Below, piece by piece: positions 62,788-64,000 of a DNA stretch of 64,000 nt. Below the pieces are notes generated by a model. It made no database searches. It had not been told where the DNA came from and saw nothing but the letters and a program-made list of their open reading frames with translations. Origin of the DNA: Octopus sinensis. Taxonomy: Eukaryota. Position numbers and translations under genes: made by a program. The stretch's first letter is position 1. Every line of letters starts with the position of its first letter. The DNA lies in assembly GCF_006345805.1 (NCBI RefSeq), contig NC_043006.1, forward strand, positions 14,074,001 through 14,138,000, read 5' to 3'.

Positions 62788-64000
62788 GATCTTCTGAAGA
62801 TTTTTTAGCCAATTTCGAACGTGTTTATAATGAACATTTTCGTATAAAAAAAAAATTGGTGAATGTAAAGAGTATTTTCAACAGATGCGTAGTTCTAAGC
62901 GAAAACAAAATAATGAGGAAAGGTACAAGAAATATCCTGAAGAAGTCAATAAAAGTTTTACCAATGTTGGTCCAAAACTCGCATCAAAAATACCAAGAGA
63001 CAATAAAAAATTTCCTTGAACTTTTAAAAAAGATTCATTTATTCAAAATGAATCCAGTTACGGATGAGGAACTGAAGAACGCATTCATTCGTCCGAAGAC
63101 AAACGAAGTGCCTGGATGACTCCTTGAGTATGAGGATTGTTAAAATTGCATATAAATCAACAATAGTCTCATAGAATTCCGGTGTAGACTATGGGCTGAT
63201 AGAACTCATTGACATCAATACAGCTATGTCAAATGAACATGTTACACTTGGAATTTTCATCGACTTAGTAAAGGTTCCAAGTCATTGTTGATAATAGAAT
63301 ACTCAAAAAAAAAAAACACTTGAAATCTATGGAGTTACCGAGAAAAAATTATTATGGTTCGGAAGTTACCTAAGCAATAGATGCCAGTTTGTGCAATTTG
63401 TTGACACTGAATTCGAGTACAAACCAATATCTTGCGCTGTTCCTCGAGGATCAATATTAGGTCTCCCCCTTTTTCCTATATATGTTTATGATATGTACCG
63501 CACAGTTCCACTTCTGTTATCATTTGTGCCGATGGTACAAATCTTTTCTTGGCTAGTAAAGATTACCGTCCATTTACTCAAAGTAATGACCAACCAATTA
63601 TCACTCATAAATGACTGGTATTCCGCAAATAAGATTTCTCTGAAGGGAGATAAAACGAAGTACACTCTATTCTGTTCATCAGCTAATGATGATGATCTGC
63701 CCTTACAGCCACCAAAACTTCACTCTGGCCCAAAAGAAGGCAAAAGGTCTAGAATCTAGATCTTTTGACTTTTTTAATACATGTTTTAATAATAACTGTA
63801 GATGCAAGAATAAAATTGCATATGTACGTGACAATTTTTTTACAGTTTGTGTTTTTATTGTAAATATATCTGAACATGAGTATTTTCATTTCATTAATTA
63901 AATGCTGTTTTTTGCATAAGACAATTAAATTATTGCATAGGGGTTCCACGAGCCAGTGGAATGTTTCTTTGGGGTTCCGCTCCAGCAAAAAGATTGAAAA

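Larger units (their letters stand above)
61561..63725 (+). pseudogene. Decayed APE-RT LINE ORF2 (CR1/L2 group, Crack/Daphne-like)
   Basis: NIRSLSK, VIYLQET, GDINL, TCIDN, SDHYPIF, VTDEEL, IFIDL, WFGSYLSNR.Q, VPRGSILG in order, with stops and frameshifts. Confidence 0.85.

Overview
AT-rich, extremely repeat-dense eukaryotic DNA, most likely intronic or intergenic sequence from an octopus/coleoid cephalopod. That assignment is an inference from the microsatellite density and the tRNA-derived SINE set. No host protein-coding gene, rRNA, true tRNA or CRISPR array can be supported, and nearly all long ORFs in the track are microsatellite artefacts. Recognisable content: dozens of tRNA-derived SINE copies of four types (labelled A-D here), a Penelope-like element (PLE) 3' end with a GIY-YIG endonuclease plus a second decayed PLE, decayed LINEs (APE-RT Crack/L2-like, RTE tail, RLE-type), three Tc1/mariner remnants, non-autonomous Helitrons, a piggyBac-type MITE, and a GGATC-ended 8-bp-TSD MITE family carrying TTAGGG repeats. 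The most interesting signal, invisible to the ORF track, is about 15 intact, variant or decayed type I hammerhead-ribozyme (HHR) motifs from at least six sequence families. Nearly all abut (TA)n tracts. One family is physically the 3' terminal repeat of the GIY-YIG PLE, one occurs as a 415-bp retrozyme-like tandem dimer, and several form inverted hairpins with an HHR on each strand, including U3-A8 covariant cores. HHR folds were made by eye and their activity is untested. Many element boundaries are approximate.
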